From Armatimonadota bacterium (GTDB lineage: Bacteria; Sysuimicrobiota; Sysuimicrobiia; Sysuimicrobiales; Humicultoraceae): a stretch of DNA of 64,000 bases. Shown piece after piece: positions 19,945-28,986 of this stretch. Under the pieces are notes generated by a model. That model saw only the letters and a program-made list of their open reading frames with translations. It did not search any database and was not told the origin of the DNA. Position 1 is the first letter of the stretch, and every line of letters starts with the position of its first letter. Made by a program: the position numbers and the translations under genes. The stretch lies in NCBI GenBank assembly GCA_052386995.1, contig JBQTJP010000110.1, positions 30,481-94,480 on the forward strand. The letters are read 5' to 3'.

Positions 19945-20928
19945 CTATGCCGGCTTTTGGATCACGAGGTTGGAAATCATCGGCATGGCCGCGGTGATGG
20001 GAACCCGCGTCCACCTCGTGATGGAATGGTAGATCACGGATTCAAAGACACGCCTCTTCCAACTCTGCGCGCCTCCCGTGTAGTTGACGTGCCGGTCGTG
20101 ACCCGGCAGCCCGTTCACCACGCGTAACGGCCGGCCGCGAAGGTAGCGCACGATCTCGAAGAACGTGGCTCCCCACGCCCCTCGTTCTTCCAGGCCCAAG
20201 GGCCCGTCGGAGTGCGTCGCGGGGTTATCGATGTGCTGTCCTGCACGGACCGCCCTGGCGTACGCCCACATCGACCCTGGCGAGCTCCACGGAATCCACC
20301 ACAAGCCGGTCGTGTGAGAATCCTTTGGCCACAGCCTGTTCGGCGTCTCGTTGATGTACAGATGGCCCCCCGGGTTGAGGGCATCGAACAGCCGCGCGAC
20401 CACCCGTCGCCTCAGGCCCCTGATCGACAGGGGGAGATGCTCGAGCACGGCATGGAGCAGGATGAAATCGAAGGTCCCCACGTCTGCGGCGATCTCTTCG
20501 AAATCGCGCGCCCACACCACCCGAACGCTGTCGAGCAGCCGGTGCTCTTCCAGCCTCTTGAGGCACACGGCGACGCTCTTCTCATCGATATCGAAGGCCA
20601 CGAGCCGCTCACAGTGCGGGGCAAGCGCGGCTGTCGCAGACCCCGTGCCGCAGCCAAAGTCCAGGACACGCTTGGCCGAGAGATCGCCGCAGTGGTATCG
20701 AATCTCGGGATACAACTGCGTCTCGAACCGACCCAACCGGCTGTCCGGCCCACCCATGTGTTCGGCAATGTAATCCTCATAGGCCGGCAGGCCCTCCTTG
20801 CCCCTGTGCAGGTCGACGATGAGCCGCTTGAACTCCTGGGAATAGTCGCGAGTGCATCCGGAAAGCCTCACTTCCACGCAATGGTCCACGTCAACGCGTT
20901 CTTCTGGGATCAGCAGCCCCTGGCGCAT
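19945..20928 (-). CDS. Class I SAM-dependent methyltransferase
   Basis: VLDFGCGTGSAT motif I, acidic motif II (AFDIDE). Confidence 0.7.
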   Translation of the reverse strand: MRQGLLIPEERVDVDHCVEVRLSGCTRDYSQEFKRLIVDLHRGKEGLPAYEDYIAEHMGGPDSRLGRFETQLYPEIRYHCGDLSAKRVLDFGCGTGSATAALAPHCERLVAFDIDEKSVAVCLKRLEEHRLLDSVRVVWARDFEEIAADVGTFDFILLHAVLEHLPLSIRGLRRRVVARLFDALNPGGHLYINETPNRLWPKDSHTTGLWWIPWSSPGSMWAYARAVRAGQHIDNPATHSDGPLGLEERGAWGATFFEIVRYLRGRPLRVVNGLPGHDRHVNYTGGAQSWKRRVFESVIYHSITRWTRVPITAAMPMISNLVIQKPA

Positions 20929-20983
20929 CCGAATTCTCTCTCATCGCCATATCGCCGCCAGATCGACAACCGCACCAATCCTT

Positions 20984-22567
20984 TCAGGGTCCGTCTCGGC
21001 CGATCAGGGCGCCTGCACTGAGCCGCGCGCCTTCGCTCCCATCCATCTCGGCAAGCCCGCCTTCTGCACGCCCTCCGGCCCGCCCAAAGTTTCCGCGAAG
21101 CATATCGATGAATGTGAACACCACCTGGCGCTCGGTCAAGAGGATGACCGCTCCGTAGACAACAATCCCGACGGCGACCTCGAGGATCAGGGTCACGAGC
21201 GCGGCGGTGCCCGCCGCCTTCAGCGCCCAATCCACCAGCACCACGCTCGCGATCATGACGGCGCATCCCACGAGGCTCGATCGCACCGCCTCCCACACGT
21301 CGTGGGCCGTTATCCCCAGCACCGACGCCACAAAGCGATGCTGGACCGGCACCAGAATCGCGGTAGCGGCGAGATATCCGGCGGCCACGCCGACGATGCC
21401 CCACCGCAGCCCGATGGCAAACGCCGGGAGGTACAGCAGCAGCGAAAGAAACGTCCATCGCAGCTGCAGATCAGCGCGACCGGCCGCGAGGAGTCCGCTG
21501 AACCACAAGGTCGTCACCAGCTGAAACGTCCCCGCAAACGCCAGGACGCGTATGACCGGGGCCGATGGCAGCCATTTTGCGCCGAAGACCACCTCGACCG
21601 CCGGCGAGGCAACCAGCGCCAGCCCGACCATGACCGGCAGGGCTATGATCGCGACATGTTGCGTCGCAATGAGAAACCCCCGCCTGAGCCGAGCCGTGTC
21701 ATGCTGGACCTTGGAAAAGGCCGACAACATCACCTGATGGAGCGGCGCGGCAACGTCCTGGAGCGGGATCCGGAACGCCGTATACGCGAGCGCATAGTAC
21801 CCCAGAGCAATTGGGCCAAGGAACCGGCCGATCAGCAGGTTGTCGAGATTTCGGATGAAGTAGCTAAAGAGCCGCGAGAGCGTGAGCGGCGTGCTGAACG
21901 ACCAGAGATCCTTGAACTTCGGCCATGAGAATCGCAGGGTCGGCTTCCACCGCGTGGCGAGATAGTAGGCAACCGGGGCCGTGGCGGAGCCGGCAAGCGC
22001 TTTGCCTACCAGACTCCAGACACCCGTGCCGGCCAGGGCCATCCCGAGCCCGGTCAGGCCGCCGACAACCACCGCGGCCGCGTCGCACAACGCCAGCGCA
22101 CGGTACTCCATGCGGCGCGCAGCGAGCGCGAAGTGCGTCACCCATGTGGCGGAGATCACGATGCGGAAGGAGAGGATGACGAGCACCGTCTCCGCGAGCG
22201 GATCCGCCAGAAACGCGCCGGCCAGAGGGGCAGCGGCGAGCGCGATTGCGAACAGAAACGCCCCGACGACCAGGCTCGTCCAGAAGGCTGTCGAGAGGTA
22301 TTCATCGTCCACATCACGCCGCTGGATGATCGCCGACCCACCGCCGGCTTCAAGGAAGAGCTCGAGGAATCCCACAACCACCCACCCGATGGCGATAAGA
22401 CCATAGTCACGAGGAAGGAGGAGTCGAACCAGAATGACTGTGAACACCTGGTCCAACCCTCGCGCCGCGACACGCTGGCCTCCCAGCCAGAACATGCCTT
22501 GCATCGCGGCCGCGCGAATGCGCGGCACCGGATGGCCGTGGGGCCGCACGGTCTCGACCATCGTCAA
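20984..22567 (-). CDS. wzx: Wzx-type flippase (MOP/PST family), paralog of 1102-2622
   Basis: Multi-TM protein about 45% identical by eye to the first Wzx (e.g. LWSFSTPLTLSRLFSYFIRNLDNLLIGRFLG against LWSFGGPLFLSRLFGYAVRNTDNLLIGRYLG). Confidence 0.8.
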   Translation of the reverse strand: MTMVETVRPHGHPVPRIRAAAMQGMFWLGGQRVAARGLDQVFTVILVRLLLPRDYGLIAIGWVVVGFLELFLEAGGGSAIIQRRDVDDEYLSTAFWTSLVVGAFLFAIALAAAPLAGAFLADPLAETVLVILSFRIVISATWVTHFALAARRMEYRALALCDAAAVVVGGLTGLGMALAGTGVWSLVGKALAGSATAPVAYYLATRWKPTLRFSWPKFKDLWSFSTPLTLSRLFSYFIRNLDNLLIGRFLGPIALGYYALAYTAFRIPLQDVAAPLHQVMLSAFSKVQHDTARLRRGFLIATQHVAIIALPVMVGLALVASPAVEVVFGAKWLPSAPVIRVLAFAGTFQLVTTLWFSGLLAAGRADLQLRWTFLSLLLYLPAFAIGLRWGIVGVAAGYLAATAILVPVQHRFVASVLGITAHDVWEAVRSSLVGCAVMIASVVLVDWALKAAGTAALVTLILEVAVGIVVYGAVILLTERQVVFTFIDMLRGNFGRAGGRAEGGLAEMDGSEGARLSAGALIGRDGP

Positions 22568-22932
22568 GAGTCTCTAACGGCGTAGATAATGGAAGGATCT
22601 AGTCCGGCCGGCCCCGGAAGCACGCTGAAACCCTCGCCGATTTCCATTTCGGGAATCGCGGTGTAGGACCGCCGTTCAAAAATCTCCTTGATGAATCCGA
22701 AGTCCACGCGGGCCCAGTGGAGCTTCTTCCCTCGGAAGGGACGCCGGAAGCTTACCCGTCCCAGACGATCGTAAATGGCCGCGAGCGCCCTCCGTCTCGT
22801 CAACGACACCCACGACAGCAGCAGGAACCGCATGGTGACACGCGGGCCGAACCAGCGCCACGCCGTACCGCTGAGCGCGAGCAGTCTCCTGGCACCGCGC
22901 AAGCGAGACCTCAAAAACGTGCTCGGTGCCAC
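22564..22932 (-). CDS. Hypothetical protein
   Basis: It fills the gap between the flanking genes exactly, with a 4-nt overlap and a 15-nt gap. No recognisable domain. Confidence 0.3.
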   Translation of the reverse strand: MAPSTFLRSRLRGARRLLALSGTAWRWFGPRVTMRFLLLSWVSLTRRRALAAIYDRLGRVSFRRPFRGKKLHWARVDFGFIKEIFERRSYTAIPEMEIGEGFSVLPGPAGLDPSIIYAVRDS

Positions 22933-22947
22933 TGCCTTCCCCTTCCA

Positions 22948-24144
22948 TCAGGCTCTCTCAACCCGCGAGCCATCGAGATGCGCAGAGGCGGCATGGTCCG
23001 ACTCGCCATGCACAAGCGCCTCGTAGAGATGCTGATAGGCTTCAGCCATCTGGCCGATGTCGAATAGCCGTCGCGCTCGCTCTTGACCTGCTTCACCCAA
23101 CTGCTTCCTACGGGCGGCATCTCGAAGGAGTTCTGTGGTCGCCCGGATGAGCGCGCCGGCATCTCCGGGCAGACAGAGACGCCCGGTGCGCCCTTCTTGA
23201 ACCTGATCCACGACGCCACCGACGCTTGTGGCGACAACCGGTAGACCCGCCGCCATGGACTCCAGGATGGTGAGAGGAAAACTCTCGTAGTTTGACGTCG
23301 ACAAGAAAAGATCCGATGCGTGGTAAAGATCCACAAGGTCCGTCCTGAGCCCCAGAAATCTGATCGCGTTCTGCAGACCCTCCTTGCGAACGGCGCTCTC
23401 GAGTGCTGGGCGTTCCGGTCCATCACCGGCTACCAGAAAAACCGCCCTGTCGACCGTCGCGGCCACCTGACGGGCCACCTCGACGAACAGCGCGACATTC
23501 TTGACCGGCACGACCCGAGCCATGTACAGCACCACTAATGCGTCGTCCGAAAGCTGGTTGCGCCTGCGCCATACGTGACGCGGCGTGCGCGGGGACGCAA
23601 AGGACGCCGTGTCGATGCCAGTAAGGATCATCGCAATCGAGTCCGCACCGAGCCCAAACGCTTTGGCGACATTGTCGCGCGTGTCGGTGGAGTGCACGAC
23701 AGGTCGATAGCCCAGCCGGCGGGCCATGAATCTCTGGCTTGCGGTATTGAGCCGCGACAGTTGGCCGCCGTCCGGGCCGGTATGGATATCCAGGAGCCTG
23801 CCCCTGACGGCCCGACCGAGAAGATCAGACGGGATCGCATACCACGCGATCCCGGTATACGCGTGCAACACATCTGGCCGAACCTTCCGCACCACGTGCG
23901 CCAGTTCCCACATCAGCCTGCCCTGCAGCCCGATGCCGGCATCCCGCGGCATGTTCAGGGGATGGAACGTCACGTGATTCCCGATCTCGGCGAGGTCGTC
24001 TTCGGGGAGCAGTGGCCTCGCGGTGCAGGCGTGGAGCTCAAAACGCTCGTTGTTCACCCGTCGCAAGAGATCGCGGATAAACCGTGGCACACCGCCCGCC
24101 TTAGACAGCCTCCAGGTGAAATGGAGCACGCGAATCCGTCTCAT
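22948..24144 (-). CDS. GT4-family glycosyltransferase
   Basis: GT4 motif (STSNYESFPLTILESMAAGLPVV). The start MRRIRVLHF overlaps the upstream stop. Confidence 0.8.
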   Translation of the reverse strand: MRRIRVLHFTWRLSKAGGVPRFIRDLLRRVNNERFELHACTARPLLPEDDLAEIGNHVTFHPLNMPRDAGIGLQGRLMWELAHVVRKVRPDVLHAYTGIAWYAIPSDLLGRAVRGRLLDIHTGPDGGQLSRLNTASQRFMARRLGYRPVVHSTDTRDNVAKAFGLGADSIAMILTGIDTASFASPRTPRHVWRRRNQLSDDALVVLYMARVVPVKNVALFVEVARQVAATVDRAVFLVAGDGPERPALESAVRKEGLQNAIRFLGLRTDLVDLYHASDLFLSTSNYESFPLTILESMAAGLPVVATSVGGVVDQVQEGRTGRLCLPGDAGALIRATTELLRDAARRKQLGEAGQERARRLFDIGQMAEAYQHLYEALVHGESDHAASAHLDGSRVERA

Positions 24145-25346
24145 GTGCGCGCGGGGATTCCTTGGGCGCGGGCGCCGCCATCGACAGCGACGCTTTGGAA
24201 CAGTGCCTCGAGGGCCGCCACGACGGTCACAATATCGTAGCGTGAGCGCACCCATGTGCGCCCGTCCTCGCCAAGCTGCCTGGCGAACTCGCGATCCTCT
24301 GCCAGGCGCAGGAGTTGAGCGGCGAGGCTTGCAGGCGACTGTGGGTCGGCCAGCAACGCCACGGTGCCGTCCCCTGTGACCTCGCGAAGCACGGGTATCC
24401 GACTAGCCACGCATGGTTTGCCCGCCGCCATTGCTTCCAGCAGGGCATTTCCAATGCCCTCATAGAGCGACGGGAACACAAAGATGTCGGCCGCCTGCAG
24501 CAATGCGGGGATGTCTCGCCGCTCGCCAAGCAGCGTCACATGGTCACCCAGGCCTTGCGCCCGGATTGACTGCTCCAGCGTGGAGTGAAACCACCCGTCG
24601 CCAGCGAGAACGAGGCGTGCCCGCGGAAACCTGGTCAGGACCTCCTTCATCGCGGCAATGGCGTAGGGCTGTCCCTTCTGCGGGACGAGCCGGGCCACGT
24701 TCAAGATGACCGGATAGGCGTCTTCCCATCCCAGGGCTGCCCGAACCGCCCGTGGGTCGCCCCCCTCGCGCGCGGCATAGTCATCCAGCGCCAGCCCCCG
24801 CGGAATCACGGCGATGCACTCCGGGCGTAGCCCCAACTGGCGCACCGCCGACGCTTTGACGCTTTGGGTGATTGCCACGAATCGGGTTCCCCACCATCTG
24901 GCAGTCAGCCCGTCCAAAGCCTGCGTGATCCAGACCTTCCAGCCCTTCACGTGAGGGTTGTCCAGGCGCCACTCCGGCTCGTAGGTCGTATTGACTAGGG
25001 TCGTGATGACCGGGATCCCGGTCACTCTCCCGACGCACCGGCTCGCGATACCCGGACGGTAGAGGGCGGCGTGAAGAAGATCCGGCGCGAGGGCTCGGAC
25101 GAGACGCCACAGCCGGACCGCTGCACGACCCAGATCCCTCCTGGACGTAACGCCGAGGATGTGGACAGGGATACCGAGCCCTTCCAGATCCGCGACAAAG
25201 CGGCCGCCCTCCGAGAGCGCACACACCTCGTGACGAAAGCGGCGTGGGTCTGAGCGCGACAGGAACGCGATCATCTGCCGCTCCGTCCCTCCGGTGTCCA
25301 GGTCATCAAGGACATGCAAAATGGTGATCCGACGACTATCAGCCAT
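24141..25346 (-). CDS. GT4-family glycosyltransferase
   Basis: GT4 motif (PSLYEGIGNALLEAMAAGKPCV). Confidence 0.8.
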   Translation of the reverse strand: MADSRRITILHVLDDLDTGGTERQMIAFLSRSDPRRFRHEVCALSEGGRFVADLEGLGIPVHILGVTSRRDLGRAAVRLWRLVRALAPDLLHAALYRPGIASRCVGRVTGIPVITTLVNTTYEPEWRLDNPHVKGWKVWITQALDGLTARWWGTRFVAITQSVKASAVRQLGLRPECIAVIPRGLALDDYAAREGGDPRAVRAALGWEDAYPVILNVARLVPQKGQPYAIAAMKEVLTRFPRARLVLAGDGWFHSTLEQSIRAQGLGDHVTLLGERRDIPALLQAADIFVFPSLYEGIGNALLEAMAAGKPCVASRIPVLREVTGDGTVALLADPQSPASLAAQLLRLAEDREFARQLGEDGRTWVRSRYDIVTVVAALEALFQSVAVDGGARAQGIPART

Positions 25347-25427
25347 TGGACGGCATCGGCAGGCTATCGAGTTGAGCTGTGTCTGATGGAGGGCTCTCTA
25401 TGATCGATCCGTGCCTTGCGACGTCCG

Positions 25428-25462
25428 CCCTGGGGGGTCGACACCCTCCGACCGCCCCAGGG
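25428..25462 (-). terminator. GC-rich hairpin 18 nt downstream of the G8 gene stop. It lacks a U-tract and is a possible terminator or RNA-stability element.
   Basis: CCCTGGGG-GGTCG..loop..CGACC-G-CCCCAGGG, about 13 bp of stem. Confidence 0.35.
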
Positions 25463-25480
25463 CAGCAATCTCAGACGAAC

Positions 25481-27964
25481 CTAGAACCTTCTCACTCGAA
25501 GTACACGGCTGGCATTGACAGTCCCATTGCTGCCGATCCCCAGAGCCCAGAAGTACGCCCGGCGCGGCGGGTGGCTGCCCATGCTGAAGCTCATCGAGGC
25601 GAACCCGCGGACCGTTCGCACCCGCTCGAGTCTCTGGTTGGCCTGGTAGAACTCGACCTCGGCTGCGTTGGTCTCCACGGTCAAGGTAATCGTCCCGGTG
25701 GCCACGAGGTCATCGTTCGGCGCCGACCACCGCACGCGCGGCGTCTGTGGGCGGGTCCCCGTGCCATCGTTGTCCCTGCGGCGGGCGTTGTACTCAGAGT
25801 CCACAACGCCCGCCGCTCCATCCTCTCTGTGGAAGAGCGTAAAGTCTCCTGGGCGCGAGAGCCCGCGCTGCTGGCGGAATCGCAGCTGGCTGCCCGGTGG
25901 AGGTGCATCGGCCCCGCCGAACCAGATGCCGCGGCTCGGCGAGAACTGTACGCGCGCGAATTGCACCACCGATCGCTCACCCGGGCCATTACGGTCCTGC
26001 GAGTGCCGCACGTTGAAGGCCGTGACGTTCCGGACGACACCGTCCTCATAGACCGAATCGAAGCTTGACGCCGCAACGTACGACTGGATCTCAACACCAG
26101 TCGCCCCGACGCCCATGCCGTCGGCGAGGAACCCCGTGAATCCCCACAGCGCGGGAACTGACCCGGCATGGCCACTCGTCCAGTGCGCGATCTGCGCATG
26201 TCGGTTGCCCAGCGATCTAAGCCCGTGCAGCCAGTAGGCCGTGATGTAGGCTCCCCACCCGAGGCCGACTTCATTCCTCCACGTCAGGAGGTCGACGATA
26301 CGCTGAGTGGGCGTGAGATTCTGCCATGAGTGAAATCCCATGGCCGTATTGGAATTCGCTTCCGCCCGAAACACGTGGGGCGTTTCTCCGTAGTCCGTCC
26401 CGCCCTCAGGCCAGTGAATTCCCGACGACCGCGCGGAAGGGAATCCGTCCGCGGCGCTGCTTCCGGCCGCGACTGCCCCGACGATCGCGCAGTTGCGGCT
26501 TCCGTCCATCCAGATGCCGGCGTTGCGGGCATTCCGGCTGTTCCCCCATCGCATGACCAGCACGCGATCGAGCCAGCAATCGTCCGCCGCGTGATACTGG
26601 TTGTGGTTCGGCCCGACCGCATTGACGCAGAAGGACTCGAACCGGCACTCCAGCATCACCGGGGTTGTGCTTTCTATATCGTCTTGCCGCGCATTGCGGA
26701 CGGAATGCCGGGAGTGGTCGTAGACCACGAGGTCCTCCACGGTGATGCCGAAGGAGCCGTGGATATGCAGACCGTCCCCGGGCCCGCCGGCCAGGACAAC
26801 GCGGCGGAGGTAACTGCCCCGCGAACCGTCAAGCTGCCTGTGACTGTGCCAGGCGTACCGGCCCATGGGCTCCCGTGTGGGCGCCGGCGAGAAGTTGTAG
26901 ACTGCCAGGTTCTCGACATAGTACCTCGCGCGGTCCATAAACATCACATGCGGCCGGTGATTCGGGTCGCCCGCCTCGAAGATGACATTGCTCGTCAGGT
27001 TGGCCACCTTGGCCGTCAACCGCTCCGTCCAGGAGTCGCCCCACGCGTCCTGCCAGCCGACTGAGAGCGCCTCATGTGTGTACCGCAAGCCCGAATCCAG
27101 CTGGAACCGGCCGTGACCGAGGTCGGCGGTGATCCGGCGCACTTCGTCCTGGTGATCGTTCTCGTTGGCCCGCAGATTCGACGGTCCCACGACCACTCGA
27201 TCGCCCACCCTCCAGCCGGCCGCAAAAGCGGGATCGACGGCAATCTCAGCGCTCCCGGCTCGTGCTGTCTCGGTCAGCGGGGACCAGGTGTCCCGATAGA
27301 CGCCGGCTACCCACACTTGAGCGCTGTCTATGGCCCACAGGCCCACATCGGTCGCGAGGGGCGCCATCACGTTGCCACCAACATACTGGCCCTCGTTCAG
27401 GAACCACCGGATGGAGGCCGGAACCGTGACTCGATCGCTCGCGCGGCCGTAGTCCAGCACCCCCCGGACAACGAGGTTGCCATAGAGCGTGAGCCGCGAG
27501 GCCCTGCCACGGCTCGCGCGGAGCGTACCGTCGACCGTGACTGTCCGGGCTTCCGCGGCTTCCGTGTCGACTTCGATCACTCGCCCCGCCGGAATGACGA
27601 CATCGTTGTCCCGTGTGGGGACGCGGCCGGACGGCCACGTCGCGGGGTCGCTCCAGCGAAGCCCTCCGGATGATGGAGGAGGGGTTGGCGGGATCGGCGT
27701 GCGCGATGGGACGGGCGCGGGCGGTGTTGGTGCGCCCGGGGTCGGGGCGGGTGTTGGCGCAGGCGTCGGCTGCGACGGCGGCGGTGTGGGCTGTCCTGGC
27801 GTGGGCTGACCTGGAGCCGGCGTAGGTGGCGCAGGTGGTGAAGTGGGCTGCGGTGTCGGTCGCGGTTTTCCACCAGGCGGCGGCTGGGCAGAAATCAGAT
27901 TCGGAGAGGGGAGCGCGAGGGTGAGGGCGACGAGGAGTGAGAGGGAGAGAAGACGCAGACGCAC
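25481..27964 (-). CDS. Secreted G8-domain / right-handed beta-helix protein (CEMIP/TMEM2-like). A glycan depolymerase or modifying enzyme is likely.
   Basis: GTG start, a signal peptide, a ~70-aa Pro/Thr-rich linker and a G8-like N-terminal segment (RWSDPATWPSGRVPTRDNDVVIPAGRVIEVD...TVDGTL). A long beta-helix-like region follows. Confidence 0.6.
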   Translation of the reverse strand: MRLRLLSLSLLVALTLALPSPNLISAQPPPGGKPRPTPQPTSPPAPPTPAPGQPTPGQPTPPPSQPTPAPTPAPTPGAPTPPAPVPSRTPIPPTPPPSSGGLRWSDPATWPSGRVPTRDNDVVIPAGRVIEVDTEAAEARTVTVDGTLRASRGRASRLTLYGNLVVRGVLDYGRASDRVTVPASIRWFLNEGQYVGGNVMAPLATDVGLWAIDSAQVWVAGVYRDTWSPLTETARAGSAEIAVDPAFAAGWRVGDRVVVGPSNLRANENDHQDEVRRITADLGHGRFQLDSGLRYTHEALSVGWQDAWGDSWTERLTAKVANLTSNVIFEAGDPNHRPHVMFMDRARYYVENLAVYNFSPAPTREPMGRYAWHSHRQLDGSRGSYLRRVVLAGGPGDGLHIHGSFGITVEDLVVYDHSRHSVRNARQDDIESTTPVMLECRFESFCVNAVGPNHNQYHAADDCWLDRVLVMRWGNSRNARNAGIWMDGSRNCAIVGAVAAGSSAADGFPSARSSGIHWPEGGTDYGETPHVFRAEANSNTAMGFHSWQNLTPTQRIVDLLTWRNEVGLGWGAYITAYWLHGLRSLGNRHAQIAHWTSGHAGSVPALWGFTGFLADGMGVGATGVEIQSYVAASSFDSVYEDGVVRNVTAFNVRHSQDRNGPGERSVVQFARVQFSPSRGIWFGGADAPPPGSQLRFRQQRGLSRPGDFTLFHREDGAAGVVDSEYNARRRDNDGTGTRPQTPRVRWSAPNDDLVATGTITLTVETNAAEVEFYQANQRLERVRTVRGFASMSFSMGSHPPRRAYFWALGIGSNGTVNASRVLRVRRF
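27664..27883 (-). repeat. Low-complexity Pro/Thr-rich linker coding repeat inside the G8 gene
   Basis: Reiterated (PTPAP/PTPGQ)n codons. Several spurious antisense ORFs arise here. Confidence 0.5.
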
Positions 27965-28029
27965 GGATCACCTCCGATTTATCCAGAAGCTCTCCGTCGG
28001 TCGGGGAACGCTGCAGGACCGTCCTTCTC

Positions 28030-28135
28030 TTCGGCAGCCCGGCTGTCTTGGAAGTATCGTCCAAGACCCGTAGCTTTGCGTCCCCGAATCACTTCGGGTT
28101 TGCCCTTGTCGGAGAGTTCCGGTGAATGGGATCTC
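28030..28135 (-). ncRNA. Candidate c-di-GMP-I (GEMM) riboswitch in the 5' leader of the G8/beta-helix gene
   Basis: The minus-strand RNA reads ...GGGCAAACCCGAAGUGAUUCGGGGACGCAAAGCUACGGGUCUUGGACGAUACUUCCAAGAC... It carries the conserved GGCAAAC element, a P2 hairpin capped by a GNRA tetraloop (CCCGAA-GUGA-UUCGGG), the invariant GGACGCAAAGC element and a P3 hairpin (GUCUUGG...CCAAGAC). An SD (GGAGG) and a GTG start follow about 60 nt downstream. Confidence 0.5.
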
Positions 28136-28188
28136 TGAAGTTCCCCATACCCGACTCCCAAAATCCTTAGACCTCTGGAAACCCATCC

Positions 28189-28980
28189 TCAATCAACCCC
28201 TCTTTCGTGCACGACACAAATCCGCGCGGGGCCCAGTCTATTCAGAAGAAGATGAATGCGGTGATCCCTAAAGTACTCGTCTGCCGCCCGCCTCGCCCCT
28301 TGCCAGTACCCGTAGTCGTCGATGATGAGAACGCCGCCGCGGCTGATTCTCGGGAACAAGTGCTGGAGTTCGTGCTTCGTTGATGCATACCAGTCGGTGT
28401 CCAGCCGGAGCAACGCAATCGAGTCCGGGGCTTGTCGTGGAATCGTCTCCTCGACAAGACCCGCGACGCAGTGAATTCTGGCCTCGTCATACCCTGTCGA
28501 TCGCATGACGCTGCGCACTTTGTCGATCGAGACCGCAGCCCAGGTCGCCTCTTCATCGGCGGGGTCCGACTCTGCCAGGACCTGGCCGGCCGTTGCCCCG
28601 TCCCACCTTAAGTCGTGGGGGCTCGGGGGCGGCATACCTTCAAAGGTATCAAACAGATACAGATCGCGGCTCGCATCATGCTCCAGAAGCAACGTGTACG
28701 CAGCGGCCATCATGCTCCCACCGCGCCAGACACCGCATTCAACAATCGCCCCGGGTACGTGTGCACGAGCCACGTATCTCACCGCGTGGCACAGCGCAAA
28801 GGCTTGCTCCGGCGTGGACTTGGTGTAAGGACCAACACGCTCAATTACCTCATTGAACTCCGGGTCGAAGTCCGGAGGAGAGCGATAATATGGAACAACG
28901 TCAAGGCCGAACTGACGGGCAACGAGCCGAACACCCGAGATGACGAAACGAGATATGCGGCCTGTTCCCGTGGCGATCAT
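28189..28980 (-). CDS. TylF/MycF-family (macrocin-type) sugar O-methyltransferase
   Basis: TylF-family architecture: GVWRGGS, FDTFEGMP and LLRLDTDWYAST motifs. Confidence 0.75.
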   Translation of the reverse strand: MIATGTGRISRFVISGVRLVARQFGLDVVPYYRSPPDFDPEFNEVIERVGPYTKSTPEQAFALCHAVRYVARAHVPGAIVECGVWRGGSMMAAAYTLLLEHDASRDLYLFDTFEGMPPPSPHDLRWDGATAGQVLAESDPADEEATWAAVSIDKVRSVMRSTGYDEARIHCVAGLVEETIPRQAPDSIALLRLDTDWYASTKHELQHLFPRISRGGVLIIDDYGYWQGARRAADEYFRDHRIHLLLNRLGPARICVVHERGVD

Positions 28981-28986
28981 CGCGGT

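Noticed and set aside
27664-27883. Possible CRISPR-like or tandem DNA repeat
   Set aside because: The periodicity reflects the Pro/Thr-rich linker codons inside the G8 gene. There are no spacer-repeat units and no cas genes.
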